From Nitrospirota bacterium (GTDB taxonomy: Bacteria; Nitrospirota; UBA9217): a stretch of 64,000 nt of DNA. A model generated the notes under the pieces. It did not search any database, was not told where the DNA came from, and saw only the letters and a program-made list of their open reading frames with translations. Both the position numbers and the translations under genes were made by a program. This document shows positions 27,580 through 37,997 of this stretch, one piece after another. Each line of letters begins with the position of its first letter. The first letter of the stretch is position 1. The stretch spans positions 1 to 64,000 of the forward strand of contig JAOUEV010000007.1 of the NCBI GenBank assembly GCA_029858565.1, given 5' to 3'.

Positions 27580-28633
27580 GAAAAACGATCGAACTGTCCG
27601 TCTAAGCGGTCAGGACGTTGCTCTGGGCAGGCTGCTGGCCCGGAAGACCGCCGGAGGGCCGAATATGACCGATTGTCCCGACCCCGAATCACTGTCGCAG
27701 TTCATCGAGGGAAAGCTCGCCCCGGATGCCCGGGACTGCCTGGCGACCCATCTGGGCGATTGTGAGGGCTGCTATGCCACGCTGTATCACTGTCTGGTGA
27801 TCCGCGAGGAGCTTGAGAGCGAACTGCGCAAGCGAAGAAGGAAGCACCTGCTCTATGCCATCCCTGCATCGATCGCCGCCGCAGCCGTTCTGGTCCTTGC
27901 CGTGAGGGTTTTGCGTCCGGAATCGGGAGGCACGCTGTCGGCGGAGCGCGCACCGGCCTCCCGGGTCGCTCCTGTCAGCGTCACGCCGCCGCGGAAGCCC
28001 GAGCCTGCAGCAGCGGTCCGTTCATATGCAGCCGAACTGTCAAAAGGCCTCGCCGGGAAGGTCGATGCGGCGCAGCAGGCCAGGACCGTCGGGAACGACC
28101 GCGGACCGGAACCTGCCTACGGATTCAGTTCTATCGTGCCGCTGGACAAGACGGTCTTCCGGATCGGCGTCGGCCTGGTCGATCTTGAGCTAGCTTTGCA
28201 GGCGAAGGACCGGGCCAGTGGCGAACTGATCGCGCGGAAGGTGGTCGAACTCCTGAAGTCTCTGGGATCATCGCACGGTCCGCTTCCGGCCCTTGCATCG
28301 CAAGGACCGGGGAGGCAGGGCGGCGCTACAGACGGTCTTGCGGAGTTCAGCGGTGCGGTGGAGGCGATGTTCAGGGACCGGCCGGAATCGGTCTATCTGG
28401 ACTTTGGCGCATGGGTAGAAGCTGCCGCATTTGCTGCTGACACACGGGATGCCTCATTCTTCCGGCGCGCGGACATCAGGCGTTTCAGGCAACGGCTGGA
28501 GCTGAGCGGTGTGCCTATCGGCACTCTGAAGAACCTGTCCTCGCTGGAGGAGTCCTTTACTTCCGACGGCATCCGGCGGGACCGGTTGAAGAGCTGCGGC
28601 CGCCTGCTCGCCGACATCAAGGAGATGTTTTGA
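27572..28633 (+). CDS. zf-HC2 transmembrane anti-sigma factor
   Basis: CPD..L..F..G....HLGDCEGC, basic stretch plus TM, extracytoplasmic domain; overlaps the sigma stop. Confidence 0.8.
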   Translation: MIEKNDRTVRLSGQDVALGRLLARKTAGGPNMTDCPDPESLSQFIEGKLAPDARDCLATHLGDCEGCYATLYHCLVIREELESELRKRRRKHLLYAIPASIAAAAVLVLAVRVLRPESGGTLSAERAPASRVAPVSVTPPRKPEPAAAVRSYAAELSKGLAGKVDAAQQARTVGNDRGPEPAYGFSSIVPLDKTVFRIGVGLVDLELALQAKDRASGELIARKVVELLKSLGSSHGPLPALASQGPGRQGGATDGLAEFSGAVEAMFRDRPESVYLDFGAWVEAAAFAADTRDASFFRRADIRRFRQRLELSGVPIGTLKNLSSLEESFTSDGIRRDRLKSCGRLLADIKEMF

Positions 28634-30537
28634 CCGCATCCGGGGCGATGGCCTGTGTCCGCAACAGCATAACGGCAATGACGACAGGCATGGTCCGGCT
28701 CCGCCTGGCTGCCCGGGCAGCCGGACGCTTGCTGCTGCCGGGGATCTGGCTGATCGCCCTGTGCGGGACGTCCGCACATGCGGCCGACCTGTCCAAGGAT
28801 CAGCGGCAGTGGTGGATCGACAGCTATGGCGCCGTTGACGCCTCGACCGATCCGCTTGCAGCCCGGGCGGAGCAGATATTCGGCCGGGTCGCGGCTGCAG
28901 CGGACCGGAAGGGGAATTGGCCGCCCAAGCTCGTGGTGATCGGAGGGACCGGCGACCCGTATGCCTTGGCGATCAGGGACGGAAGTATCCTCCTGACGCT
29001 TGAGGGGTTGAAGATATGCTACCGCAATGCCCCCCCGGACGTCGGCGACTCGCGGCTCGCTTTTCTCATCGGTCACGAACTGGCGCACCTCGCAAAGGAC
29101 GATTTCTGGCACAAGAATGCCTTCGCAACGTTCAACAGATACAAGAACGACGCGCAGGTGCGTCGTTCGCTGGCAAGCCAGCTGGAAAAGACCGGAGGAT
29201 CTCCCGATTTCGTCAAGATCCAGGAGCTCCAGGCGGATTCCTACGGCATCATGTACATGACCATGGCCGGATTCGATCCCCGGGTGATCATCGGTCAGGA
29301 TAAGGACGATTTCTTTCAGTTCTGGGTCGCTCAGATCGCCGGCAAGCGTACCCATGGTGATGCGGTCCACGTGTCGGCCGAGGCGCGGGCCGAATTCGTC
29401 CGCACCGAACTGCAGCAGTTCATCGGTTCCCTTGCCCGTTTCCGCCAGGGGATCCGGGACTACCGGTCCGGCGACTATCAGGCATCCATCCATTCTTTCG
29501 AGAACTTCATCGAAAAGTACCCGGGGCGGGAGGTCTATAATGACCTCGGACTGAGCCATTACCAGCTTGCCGTGCAGGCGCTCTCCGCATGCAGCGCGCG
29601 GCAGCTGCCGTTCAAGCTGCCAATAACACTTGATCCGAGAACCACGGCCCAACGACTGGATCCGTCGACAGCCGCGGAAGGGGACGCGCCGGTTCGGGAT
29701 GAGCCGGTCCGAGCCGATCCGCAAGGGACCATCGGGCTCGTTGACGAATATCTGAAGAGCGGAGGCGTCGCATGCTGGGCGAATGAATCCTCCCGGGCAG
29801 GACTGCAGGAGGCGATACGCTTCCTGGAGGAGGCGGAGAAGAAGGACGCAGCCTATTTGCCGGCAAGGATCAATCTCTCCTCGGCGCTGATCCTATCGGG
29901 AAATTACGCAAAGGCGATCAGCGTGACCGAGGAGGCGCTCAAGATAGATCCGACGAGCCGGGAACTCCTGCACAATAAGGCGGTGGCGGAGCATCTCTTC
30001 GCCAGAAAGAACACGCCGGAAAATCCCGACGCCCTCGGTCTGGTGCGATCACGGCCGGCCCCTGATGCGGCTGAACAGGAGAATGGTCCTGCTGCCCTGC
30101 CCGCCGGTTCTCTCGGGATCGGCGTTTCGGCCGATATGGGGAATTTCACCATCGGTCCGTCGATCCAGTGGTGGCCGGTCGCCTCCGCAGGATTTCAAGC
30201 GTCCTATGGCCGCGGTACGTTCACCACCTATTCCTTCCGCGGCCTTGTGCGATTTGGCGCGGTCGCCGGAGTGACGCCCTACGCGGGCCTCGGTTACTTG
30301 AGCGTCCAACGGGAGGCGAACGTCCTTGGCGCGGACACGACCTTCATCGGGCGGGGCGGGGAGATCTCGGCCGGCGCCATCCTGCCGCTGTCCGGCCGGA
30401 TATCGCTGCTCGCTGCCGTTACCGCCAACAATCTGCGGATCGCGGAAACGGTCTCCGCAGGCGGGCGGGGCCTGCCGGTCACCATGACCTGGAACGCATT
30501 GTCCGTTACGACAACTTTTGTCTATACGATATTTTGA
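28630..30537 (+). CDS. M48-family metalloprotease with TPRs and putative C-terminal outer-membrane beta-barrel
   Basis: Signal peptide; PYALA..DGSI; GHELAH; ELQADSYG; TPRs; amphipathic beta strands (TPYAGLGY) ending in F. True start may be 28678 or 28690. Confidence 0.8.
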   Translation: MTASGAMACVRNSITAMTTGMVRLRLAARAAGRLLLPGIWLIALCGTSAHAADLSKDQRQWWIDSYGAVDASTDPLAARAEQIFGRVAAAADRKGNWPPKLVVIGGTGDPYALAIRDGSILLTLEGLKICYRNAPPDVGDSRLAFLIGHELAHLAKDDFWHKNAFATFNRYKNDAQVRRSLASQLEKTGGSPDFVKIQELQADSYGIMYMTMAGFDPRVIIGQDKDDFFQFWVAQIAGKRTHGDAVHVSAEARAEFVRTELQQFIGSLARFRQGIRDYRSGDYQASIHSFENFIEKYPGREVYNDLGLSHYQLAVQALSACSARQLPFKLPITLDPRTTAQRLDPSTAAEGDAPVRDEPVRADPQGTIGLVDEYLKSGGVACWANESSRAGLQEAIRFLEEAEKKDAAYLPARINLSSALILSGNYAKAISVTEEALKIDPTSRELLHNKAVAEHLFARKNTPENPDALGLVRSRPAPDAAEQENGPAALPAGSLGIGVSADMGNFTIGPSIQWWPVASAGFQASYGRGTFTTYSFRGLVRFGAVAGVTPYAGLGYLSVQREANVLGADTTFIGRGGEISAGAILPLSGRISLLAAVTANNLRIAETVSAGGRGLPVTMTWNALSVTTTFVYTIF

Positions 30538-30700
30538 GCTGTTCGGCGATGTTTCCTCGGCGCGTTTTATTCCCGGTGATTTTTTTTATCCGGACCGGGG
30601 AAAAAGGAAGTTTTGTCCGTCTATAGGGTAGGACCCGACCGGGGGATGCGGCCGGGAGCGGTTTGGACCAATGCATGGCCATTCTGTTGAGGAGGGGACC

Positions 30701-32119
30701 ATGAAGCGGCAAAGGGGATCATGGGCCGTGATCACAGGCCTGCTGTCACTGATGCTCGTTGCAGGATGTACGCAATCCGGAATTCCGGAGATCAAAGAGA
30801 AGAGCAATACCGCGCCCGTTGCCCTGGCAGGCCCCGGCCAGCAGGTGATCACCGGGGCCGTCGTGACGCTGGACGGCAGCGGGAGCAGCGATGCTGACGG
30901 CGATACGCTCACGTATCGCTGGTCGTTCTCGTCGATGCCTGCCGGCAGCACGGCAGCGCTGTCGAGCGAGATCGCCGGCATGCCGACGTTCACCACGGAT
31001 AAGGACGGGGACTACCTGCTCACGCTGGTGGTCAATGACGGCACCGTGGACAGTTCCGCAGCCGCGGTCGTCGTGACCGCGACAGCGAACACCGCGCCGG
31101 TCGCCGATGCAGGTTTGGACCGGGCAGTGTCCACCGGGACCGTGGTGACGCTCGACGGCAGTGCGAGCAGCGACGCAGAAGGCGGCACGCTGACCTATGT
31201 TTGGTCGTTCATCACCAAGCCCGCCGGCAGCACGGCCGTGTTCTCGAACGCAACCGGCACGAATCCTACGTTCACCGCGGACAAGGATGGGAACTATGTG
31301 GTCAGCCTGGTGGTCAATGACGGGATGACGGACAGTGCGCCGGCCGTCGTCACCCTGAGCGCTACCACGGCGAACGTGCCTCCTGTTGCGAATGCCGGTT
31401 CCGATCGCAATGTGACGACCGGGAGCGTGGCGACGCTCGACGGCAGCAAGAGCAGCGATGCCGAGGGCAGCGCTCTGACCTACCAGTGGACGTTCACGTC
31501 GATGCCGGTCGGGAGTTCGGCGGTCCTGTCGAGCGAGACGTCCGGCCAACCTACGTTCACCGCCGACAAGGATGGCGCCTATGTATTCGGTCTGGTGGTC
31601 AACGACGGGATCGCGGACAGTGCACCGGCCACGGTCACGCTCACGGCCGTCATGCATGGCGTGAAGTTCAAAATGCCGGATACCCGGCAGCTCGCGAGCT
31701 ATACGACCACGACCGGCGAGGATTCGGACTATACCATCAACCAGCCGTCCTATACGGATAATGGCGACGGCACGGTCACGGACAACGTGACCACCCTGAT
31801 CTGGCAGCAGGGCGGGGACGGTGTGAGGAAGACCTGGAATGAAGCGGACACGTATTGCAGGGACCTTGCCCTGGCCGGACAATCGGACTGGCGGCTTCCG
31901 AACCGCCTGGAACTTGCCAGTCTGGTCGTGGACAACGGCATCGGCAATACAATGATCGATGCGGTCTTCCCTACCTGGTCCTCCTACTACTGGGCGTCCA
32001 CAACGAGTGTGAGCCATACCGTCCCTTATGCGTGGAGCGTGGACTTTTACGACGGGGTCTCGCTCTATAATCTGAAATCGAGACCGTACTATGCGCGGTG
32101 TGTGCGTGGCGGGCCCTGA
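30701..32119 (+). CDS. Lipoprotein with three PKD/Ig-like repeats and C-terminal DUF1566 (Lcl) domain
   Basis: LVAG-C lipobox; three (A/P)PVA.AG..LDGS.SSDA repeats; DNGDGTVTD, WRLPN..EL, RCVRG. Confidence 0.88.
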   Translation: MKRQRGSWAVITGLLSLMLVAGCTQSGIPEIKEKSNTAPVALAGPGQQVITGAVVTLDGSGSSDADGDTLTYRWSFSSMPAGSTAALSSEIAGMPTFTTDKDGDYLLTLVVNDGTVDSSAAAVVVTATANTAPVADAGLDRAVSTGTVVTLDGSASSDAEGGTLTYVWSFITKPAGSTAVFSNATGTNPTFTADKDGNYVVSLVVNDGMTDSAPAVVTLSATTANVPPVANAGSDRNVTTGSVATLDGSKSSDAEGSALTYQWTFTSMPVGSSAVLSSETSGQPTFTADKDGAYVFGLVVNDGIADSAPATVTLTAVMHGVKFKMPDTRQLASYTTTTGEDSDYTINQPSYTDNGDGTVTDNVTTLIWQQGGDGVRKTWNEADTYCRDLALAGQSDWRLPNRLELASLVVDNGIGNTMIDAVFPTWSSYYWASTTSVSHTVPYAWSVDFYDGVSLYNLKSRPYYARCVRGGP

Positions 32120-32197
32120 TCGCGGGGGACGAAGCTCAGCGACGGGCAGTGAGATGGCAGCGGCGGCGAGCGAAGAATGGAACGGAGGCGTATCTCT

Positions 32198-32656
32198 ATG
32201 ATAAGATCGATCATGATCGGCTTGATCATCCTATGCGGCATGGCAGGACCGGCAAAGGCCGGCACGCTGGTTGATAACGGTGACGGAACGGTAACGGACA
32301 CAGGAACAAATTTGATGTGGGAGCAGGCGCAGACCGTTCCGCCGGCCACATATACCTGGGAAGAGGTGATAACCCGCTGCGAGGACCTTGTCCTTCCTGC
32401 AGCCGGATATGCGGACTGGCGGCTTCCCAATGTGAAAGAGCTGCTGACGATCGTGGATGACACGAGATACGATCCCGCGATCGATCCCGTGTGCTTTCCT
32501 AATACGCAAAGTTACGCATTCTGGTCATCGTCAACAAACTTCCTCAGCAGCACCGGCGCGATCGCCTGGGGAGTGGAGTTCTATCACGGGAGCGCGTCAC
32601 GCAATCTGAATAAGACCATGAAATTTCCCGCGCGGTGCGTCCGCGGCGGAGGGTGA
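32198..32656 (+). CDS. Secreted DUF1566 (Lcl) domain protein
   Basis: Signal peptide; DNGDGTVTD..LMW, DWRLPNVKEL, RCVRG. Confidence 0.88.
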   Translation: MIRSIMIGLIILCGMAGPAKAGTLVDNGDGTVTDTGTNLMWEQAQTVPPATYTWEEVITRCEDLVLPAAGYADWRLPNVKELLTIVDDTRYDPAIDPVCFPNTQSYAFWSSSTNFLSSTGAIAWGVEFYHGSASRNLNKTMKFPARCVRGGG

Positions 32657-32707
32657 CAAGCACCAAAGGCTCTTCACATGAAGAAGAGCTCAGTGAGCAT
32701 ACTGGCA

Positions 32708-32741
32708 GAGGGCCCGGAAGATTCCCGGGCCCTCTTTTTTA
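32708..32741 (+). terminator. Intrinsic terminator
   Basis: AGAGGGCCCGGAAGATTCCCGGGCCCTCT plus T tract. Confidence 0.75.
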
Positions 32742-32897
32742 TTTGAACGATCCTGTCCGGGCCGGCAGCCGTTTGCGGAGCCCCTGGCCGTACGGCGGCC
32801 GTCCGACAAAGAACGCTCCGGGTATTTTTTTTCCTTTCCCGGTCCTGCAGGTGCGCAAAGTAGGCTACAATAGGGTAAGTTCAGAAAGGAAGGCAAT

Positions 32898-34256
32898 ATG
32901 GGGTTTAACGCATTCAAGCTCGATCCCAGGATCATGACCGGTGTCAGGGCGCTCGGGTACACAACACCCACGCCCATCCAGCTCCAGGCGATCCCGCCGG
33001 TTCTCGAAGGCAAGGATGTCATGGGTCTTGCCCAGACCGGCACCGGCAAGACCGCGGCGTTCGTACTGCCGATCCTGCAGCGCCTGCTCCCCGGTCCGCG
33101 CAGCAGGGTCCGCACACTCATTATCGCGCCCACGCGGGAGCTGGCGGAGCAGATCCACGTGGCGATCGTGGCGCTCGGCCGCGACACGCGCTTCAGGAGC
33201 TGCACCATCTACGGCGGGGTGAGCCTGAACCCGCAGATCCAGAACCTGCGGCACGGCGTCGAGATCGTTGTGGCGTGCCCGGGCAGGCTGCTCGACCACA
33301 TCAACCAGAAAACGATCGACCTGTCGCATCTCGAGGTCCTGGTCCTGGACGAGGCGGACCGCATGTTCGATATGGGCTTCCTGCCGGATATCCGGAAGAT
33401 CATCAAACACCTGCCGCACAAGCGTCAGAACCTCATGTTCTCGGCAACCATGGCCGACGACATACGAAAGCTCGCGCATGAAGTGCTCCACAACCCGGTC
33501 ACGGTCCAGGTGGGCCATACGGCTCCGGCGAGCACGGTGTCCCACGCGCTCTATCCCGTGGAGCAGCACCTGAAGACCGGGCTGTTGATGGAGCTCCTGA
33601 AGCACACGGACACGGAATCGATCCTGATCTTCACGCGCACCAAGCACCGGGCCAAACGCATCGGTCAGCAGCTCGAGAAGGCGGGATATAAGGCCGCGTC
33701 GCTCCAGGGGAACCTGTCGCAGAACAAGCGGCAGGAGGCGCTTGATGGATTCCGGAGGGGCAGGTACCAGATCCTCGTGGCAACTGACATCGCGGCGCGG
33801 GGCATCGATGTGTCGAGCATATCCCACGTGATCAACTATGACATCCCGGATACCACCGATGCCTATACGCACCGGATCGGCAGGACCGGCCGTGCGGCAA
33901 AGACCGGTGACGCCTTCACCTTTGTGAGCCGCGAGGACGAGCCGCTGGTCAGGAGCATCGAGCGGGTGCTGGGCCAGAAGATCGAACGTCGGACGCTCAA
34001 GGATTTCGATTACAAAAAGTCCGTGCCAAGCCGGGACGCTGAGTTCGCCCGCCCTCCCCGCGAACCGCGGCACCACAAGCCGAGGCCGAAACCGGGCGGG
34101 GGCAGCACCCCTGGATCAACTGCCAGCCGTCCGCAGGCTCACCATGGAAAGCCGCAGGGAGGAGACGCGCCCCGCGGCACGGCGACCGGTATGCCGCGGC
34201 CCTCAAGCACGCGGAGCTTCAAGCCCCGCACGCGCAGGTCCGGGCCCGGACGCTGA
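32898..34256 (+). CDS. rhlE: DEAD-box RNA helicase (RhlE-like)
   Basis: AQTGTGKT, PTRELA, DEAD, SAT, ARGID, HRIGRTGRA. Confidence 0.93.
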   Translation: MGFNAFKLDPRIMTGVRALGYTTPTPIQLQAIPPVLEGKDVMGLAQTGTGKTAAFVLPILQRLLPGPRSRVRTLIIAPTRELAEQIHVAIVALGRDTRFRSCTIYGGVSLNPQIQNLRHGVEIVVACPGRLLDHINQKTIDLSHLEVLVLDEADRMFDMGFLPDIRKIIKHLPHKRQNLMFSATMADDIRKLAHEVLHNPVTVQVGHTAPASTVSHALYPVEQHLKTGLLMELLKHTDTESILIFTRTKHRAKRIGQQLEKAGYKAASLQGNLSQNKRQEALDGFRRGRYQILVATDIAARGIDVSSISHVINYDIPDTTDAYTHRIGRTGRAAKTGDAFTFVSREDEPLVRSIERVLGQKIERRTLKDFDYKKSVPSRDAEFARPPREPRHHKPRPKPGGGSTPGSTASRPQAHHGKPQGGDAPRGTATGMPRPSSTRSFKPRTRRSGPGR

Positions 34257-34351
34257 CCCGGGTGCAGTGAAGGGCAGATCGGAGCAAGGACCTGACAAAA
34301 AGATGGCTGTCGCGCTGTTGACGTATCGATGGATCACCTCATAAAAACGCA

Positions 34352-34377
34352 AAGGCCCGGGAACATCCCGGGCCTTA
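34352..34377. terminator. Hairpin terminator
   Basis: AAGGCCCGGGAACATCCCGGGCCTT. Confidence 0.6.
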
Positions 34378-34939
34378 TGTCATTGGCCATGCCTTGACCT
34401 AACCTGATCCTGATCTTCAACTTGAATAGGAATGGAGATCACTGTGCTGTGATCATATACAGGTCCTGCTAAATTCTGCTGTGTTTCGTTTCGTCATATG
34501 AACAGAATTCGACCATCTTTACAATTTGTTCCTTATTGTAAAAATAAAGGTCCTCGCGGCCGCTCAGGATCTCGGGGCAGTTGAAAAACGTCCTGTCCTT
34601 AAAGTCCACAGATGAGGTAAAAGAATAAAAACCGAAAACAAATGCCAGTGCATAAGCGATCATGAACAACTCCTTGTCTGCGTGGTCCCCGGGTAAAGTC
34701 ATGCAAAGGCGCATGCTGGTAATTTATCCGGCACCGGAATTCACCCTGTTCAAATCATTGGGCCCGCTTTATATCTCGAATACCCTGATAACAGCCTGAA
34801 AACGCATGATCTTCCTGTGGTCACTCACTGCGCGGCGTCTTTATCAGACGGCCTGAAGAGCCGCGATAAGCTGCAGAAACCTGTCCAGCGATCGATAACG
34901 CACAGGAGCGCGCCTGCTTCGCCCGAGAAGCAGCACCCG

Positions 34940-35386
34940 CTATTTTGCGAGCAGTTTCCCCATGGCGCGGCCATAGTCCTGGCAGGCCCGCATTCCCTCC
35001 GAGGTGTCCACCTGGGCCTCCCGGAGCCCGAACGGGCCGAGGTTCGTCATTTCCATCTTGAACACATGTTCCATGGTATCGAAGATGAATCCCGGCGCCT
35101 CACCGCTGTGCGTACTGGACCCGAAAGCACCGCCGAGCTTTCCCGCAAGGGTGCCTTTCTGAGCCAGGAACAGGAAGGTCTTGAAATTCTCGGTCATGTC
35201 CTTGTGGTAGGTAGGGCACCCGAAAATGAACCCGTCATAACCCTCCAGATCCTTTTCGGTCTTGATGTCGGATATTTTTTTCACGTCGGCGACGGTGCCG
35301 GTGAACCGGACCCCTTCGGCAATATCCTCGGCCATCTTTTCCGTTTTCCCGGTCCTGCTGTAATAGACGATTACGATCTTCTTCAA
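34940..35386 (-). CDS. Flavodoxin-like protein
   Basis: TTG start with RBS; YYSRTGKTEKMA; GCPTY; GAFGS. Confidence 0.88.
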   Translation of the reverse strand: MKKIVIVYYSRTGKTEKMAEDIAEGVRFTGTVADVKKISDIKTEKDLEGYDGFIFGCPTYHKDMTENFKTFLFLAQKGTLAGKLGGAFGSSTHSGEAPGFIFDTMEHVFKMEMTNLGPFGLREAQVDTSEGMRACQDYGRAMGKLLAK

Positions 35387-35420
35387 AGTTCGACTCCCTC
35401 CTGCGACATATCCGGGCCGC

Positions 35421-35798
35421 TCACGCCTGCTGGATAGTGATCTCCTTGGTCGCTTCCCAGGCGCCGTGGAGATTGCACCGTTCAATAACTCGAAGCGTTC
35501 CCTTTGGATGTTTCGCCTGCTTTACCAGGGTGACCACGACCGCAGGTTTTGATACTTTCGGCGAGAGCTCGATCCGGGAGTAGAGACTTTCCCCGAACTT
35601 CACCTCGATCCACTGTACAAAGTGACCCTCTTCCATGACATGAGGAATGCTCCCGACGTTGATCCTGACCTCAAAAGGTTCTCCCGATCTCACCGAGTCA
35701 GGACAGTCAATGACCGGCAGATGCTTCTTTTCAAGGTCCGTCATGGCAGTCAGGTCCTTGGGTCTATTGTTGCCGCAGAACAATCCTTTTTCAGGCAT
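35421..35798 (-). CDS. Superoxide reductase (neelaredoxin/class II SOR-like)
   Basis: EKKHLP, PHVMEEGHFVQWI, CNLHG iron ligands. Confidence 0.9.
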   Translation of the reverse strand: MPEKGLFCGNNRPKDLTAMTDLEKKHLPVIDCPDSVRSGEPFEVRINVGSIPHVMEEGHFVQWIEVKFGESLYSRIELSPKVSKPAVVVTLVKQAKHPKGTLRVIERCNLHGAWEATKEITIQQA

Positions 35799-35966
35799 TC
35801 CCTTGCTCCCTTTTCCCGGCTGGCCGTAAAGCTCAACTTGCCTTCGTCGACCAGGGACATAAAAATTGCAGTGGTCAATAAATGAGAGAAAGCCCGGCAA
35901 ATATCCGGGCCATCTCTGCGGTTCGATCTCAACGTCATCTCTCCTGGAAAGAGAGGCAATTCGCTC

Positions 35967-36476
35967 TCAGGCCGCCTTTTGCTTCGCGATCGGCGGCGGG
36001 GCCATTTCCTTGTAATTCGGTATGCTCACGGACTCGAGCAGGCGCTGAGTAGCCGCGGGGTCCAGGCCGTCCTGGACCTTGACATTCGAATCACAGGCTG
36101 TCAGGATCGTCTGGACAAGGTCTCTCGCGCTGAAGGCGAGGATCTCCTTGATCACCTCTGGAGAGGCGTCCTCGATCAGGAGGGAGCTTTCCTGGTACCA
36201 TCCGTCGCCATGGCCGGATGCCGCGGGTATGCCTGCGTCACTGGTCGCGATCCCCCGCTGGAGAGCGAAGAAGGAAACATCGGCGCGCAGCTGCTGCAGC
36301 CCCTTGAACGCGGCATTGGAGCAGATGCCGGTCCTGCCCCAGATGATAGGATTGAACTTGGGCAGGCTGACCCCGCTTGAAAAGATATAACTTCCCGGAC
36401 GGTTCTCGGATTCCTGGATATCGATCGAAAAGAAATCATTCCTGTATTCCAATGAACTGACGGCTGCTGTCTGCAT
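35967..36476 (-). CDS. Hypothetical protein
   Basis: RBS GGAGG, ATG, coding-like codon bias; no recognised domain. Confidence 0.6.
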   Translation of the reverse strand: MQTAAVSSLEYRNDFFSIDIQESENRPGSYIFSSGVSLPKFNPIIWGRTGICSNAAFKGLQQLRADVSFFALQRGIATSDAGIPAASGHGDGWYQESSLLIEDASPEVIKEILAFSARDLVQTILTACDSNVKVQDGLDPAATQRLLESVSIPNYKEMAPPPIAKQKAA

Positions 36477-36659
36477 GGCAATTACCTCCTTGGGTGCGGT
36501 TATGTGTATCCCTTTGCTGAAGCCTGCGGGGAACCGCAGGACTGGTCCATGGTCGCTATCCTATCCAAAACAAAACCAATCCTATCCTGTTTAAAAGGAG
36601 TATACAGCAACTTCCTGCCGGGCGCAAGTAAAAAAGAGTGATTCTAACCTGTATTTCTG

Positions 36660-36952
36660 ACTTTATATCTCCTGATAATGGCGGCAGGACGCAAAAGCCG
36701 GAACCGCGGGGGAGCTGTTGTATCTCCGGCTGCCGACCTCGAAGGCGATCAGCGCCGGTCGATCGTGACGGCGGGAATGTATGGGGTGGAAAAGATCGTC
36801 TTCTCCCGCACGTTGCGCACGCATGTTGGAACAACACACGGCTGGGGGAGGACGATGTTCAAATGCCTGCAGAACAGGCTTGCATCAAGGCTCATGGAGA
36901 CCCGACGATTCGGCATGGGGACATACTGCTGAAGTATCTGCCGGCGCGGTGA
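36660..36952 (+). pseudogene. Relic of dihydrofolate reductase/RibD-C family gene
   Basis: KIVFSRTL, LMETRRFG and GDILLKY pieces in different frames. Confidence 0.55.
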
Positions 36953-37175
36953 GGGAGACCGGAATCCCTCATGAGGCCACGACCGCTGAAAGTACCGTAT
37001 CAATACGATCACGTCAGATACTATGATCTTGCTCCGGGTCTTCTATTCTTCTGGCGCGGAACAGTGATATCTGCTATTCTGTATGCGAAAAGACCTGCAG
37101 CCGGAGCCGTGAGCCCCGAGGGGAAGCCGCAGTATCCAGATACCGTGACCAGAAGGGAGTGTTTTGGAAAACAGC

Positions 37176-37997
37176 ATGAACGACGCTCTTACGAGGATAA
37201 TTACTGATCTGCTCGCAATAACCATGGACGGCAAAGATGCGTCCCTCCAGGCACAGCATCTCGGCGATGCGGTACGCAGGATCATTCAACGGGATGATAC
37301 CCTGTACGGAAAGTTCCGCGGCATCCTTGACTCCTTTCGGGCGATCATTCCTGATGAGCAGCAGCGCTATCTTGCGGCTATCCAGGCGTTATCAACGACC
37401 GCGAAGCTCAACCGGGATGAGATTACCGCGGCGATCAACCGCCAGGTTGATGAGCTGAAACTGATCGAGCAGGGATTGACGCCCTTTCTCGTCAGCTGGC
37501 GCGACACGCTCAAGGCCATGGAGGCGAGGCAGCAGGCCATCAAGGCCGAGCTTGCGCAGCTCCGTGACCGGATAACGCAGCTTGAGAATGAGGACCGGTC
37601 CCTTGTGGTCATGAAGTTGGCGAGGGAACAGAACCTGGCGCTGGCGGAGAAAAAGATCAGCGGCATTTTTGCAAGCATCGGCGCGGAGCTACAGGGGGTT
37701 AGCAGGAAAATGGCGGAATTGCCCGGCGATGTACCGGCGCCGCCGGCAGCTGTTCAGCCGGTCCCGCCAACCGCACCGCCTGTCGTCCAGACAGCTCCGG
37801 CGAAGAGCGCTGCTCCCGCCGAACCGGTGGGCGGCGTGCAGGAAAAATCAGGGATCACGTTGCCTCCTGCGCCGGTGGATTCGAAATTCCAGAAAAAATG
37901 CCCCATGTGCGGGGGGCAGTTCAATCTGCTTGAACTGCAGAACCTGTGGCAGTGCTTTACCTGCGGCCATGAGGAGTCGGCGGCAGGTACTGTCTGA
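37176..37997 (+). CDS. Coiled-coil protein with C-terminal zinc ribbon; may continue out of frame to 38199
   Basis: Heptad region, Pro-rich linker, CPMC..WQCFTC; second CPGC..WRCPDC in another frame. Confidence 0.65.
   Translation: MNDALTRIITDLLAITMDGKDASLQAQHLGDAVRRIIQRDDTLYGKFRGILDSFRAIIPDEQQRYLAAIQALSTTAKLNRDEITAAINRQVDELKLIEQGLTPFLVSWRDTLKAMEARQQAIKAELAQLRDRITQLENEDRSLVVMKLAREQNLALAEKKISGIFASIGAELQGVSRKMAELPGDVPAPPAAVQPVPPTAPPVVQTAPAKSAAPAEPVGGVQEKSGITLPPAPVDSKFQKKCPMCGGQFNLLELQNLWQCFTCGHEESAAGTV

Noticed and set aside
34469-34714. 81-aa ORF
   Set aside because: No RBS or recognisable motif; may be a relic.
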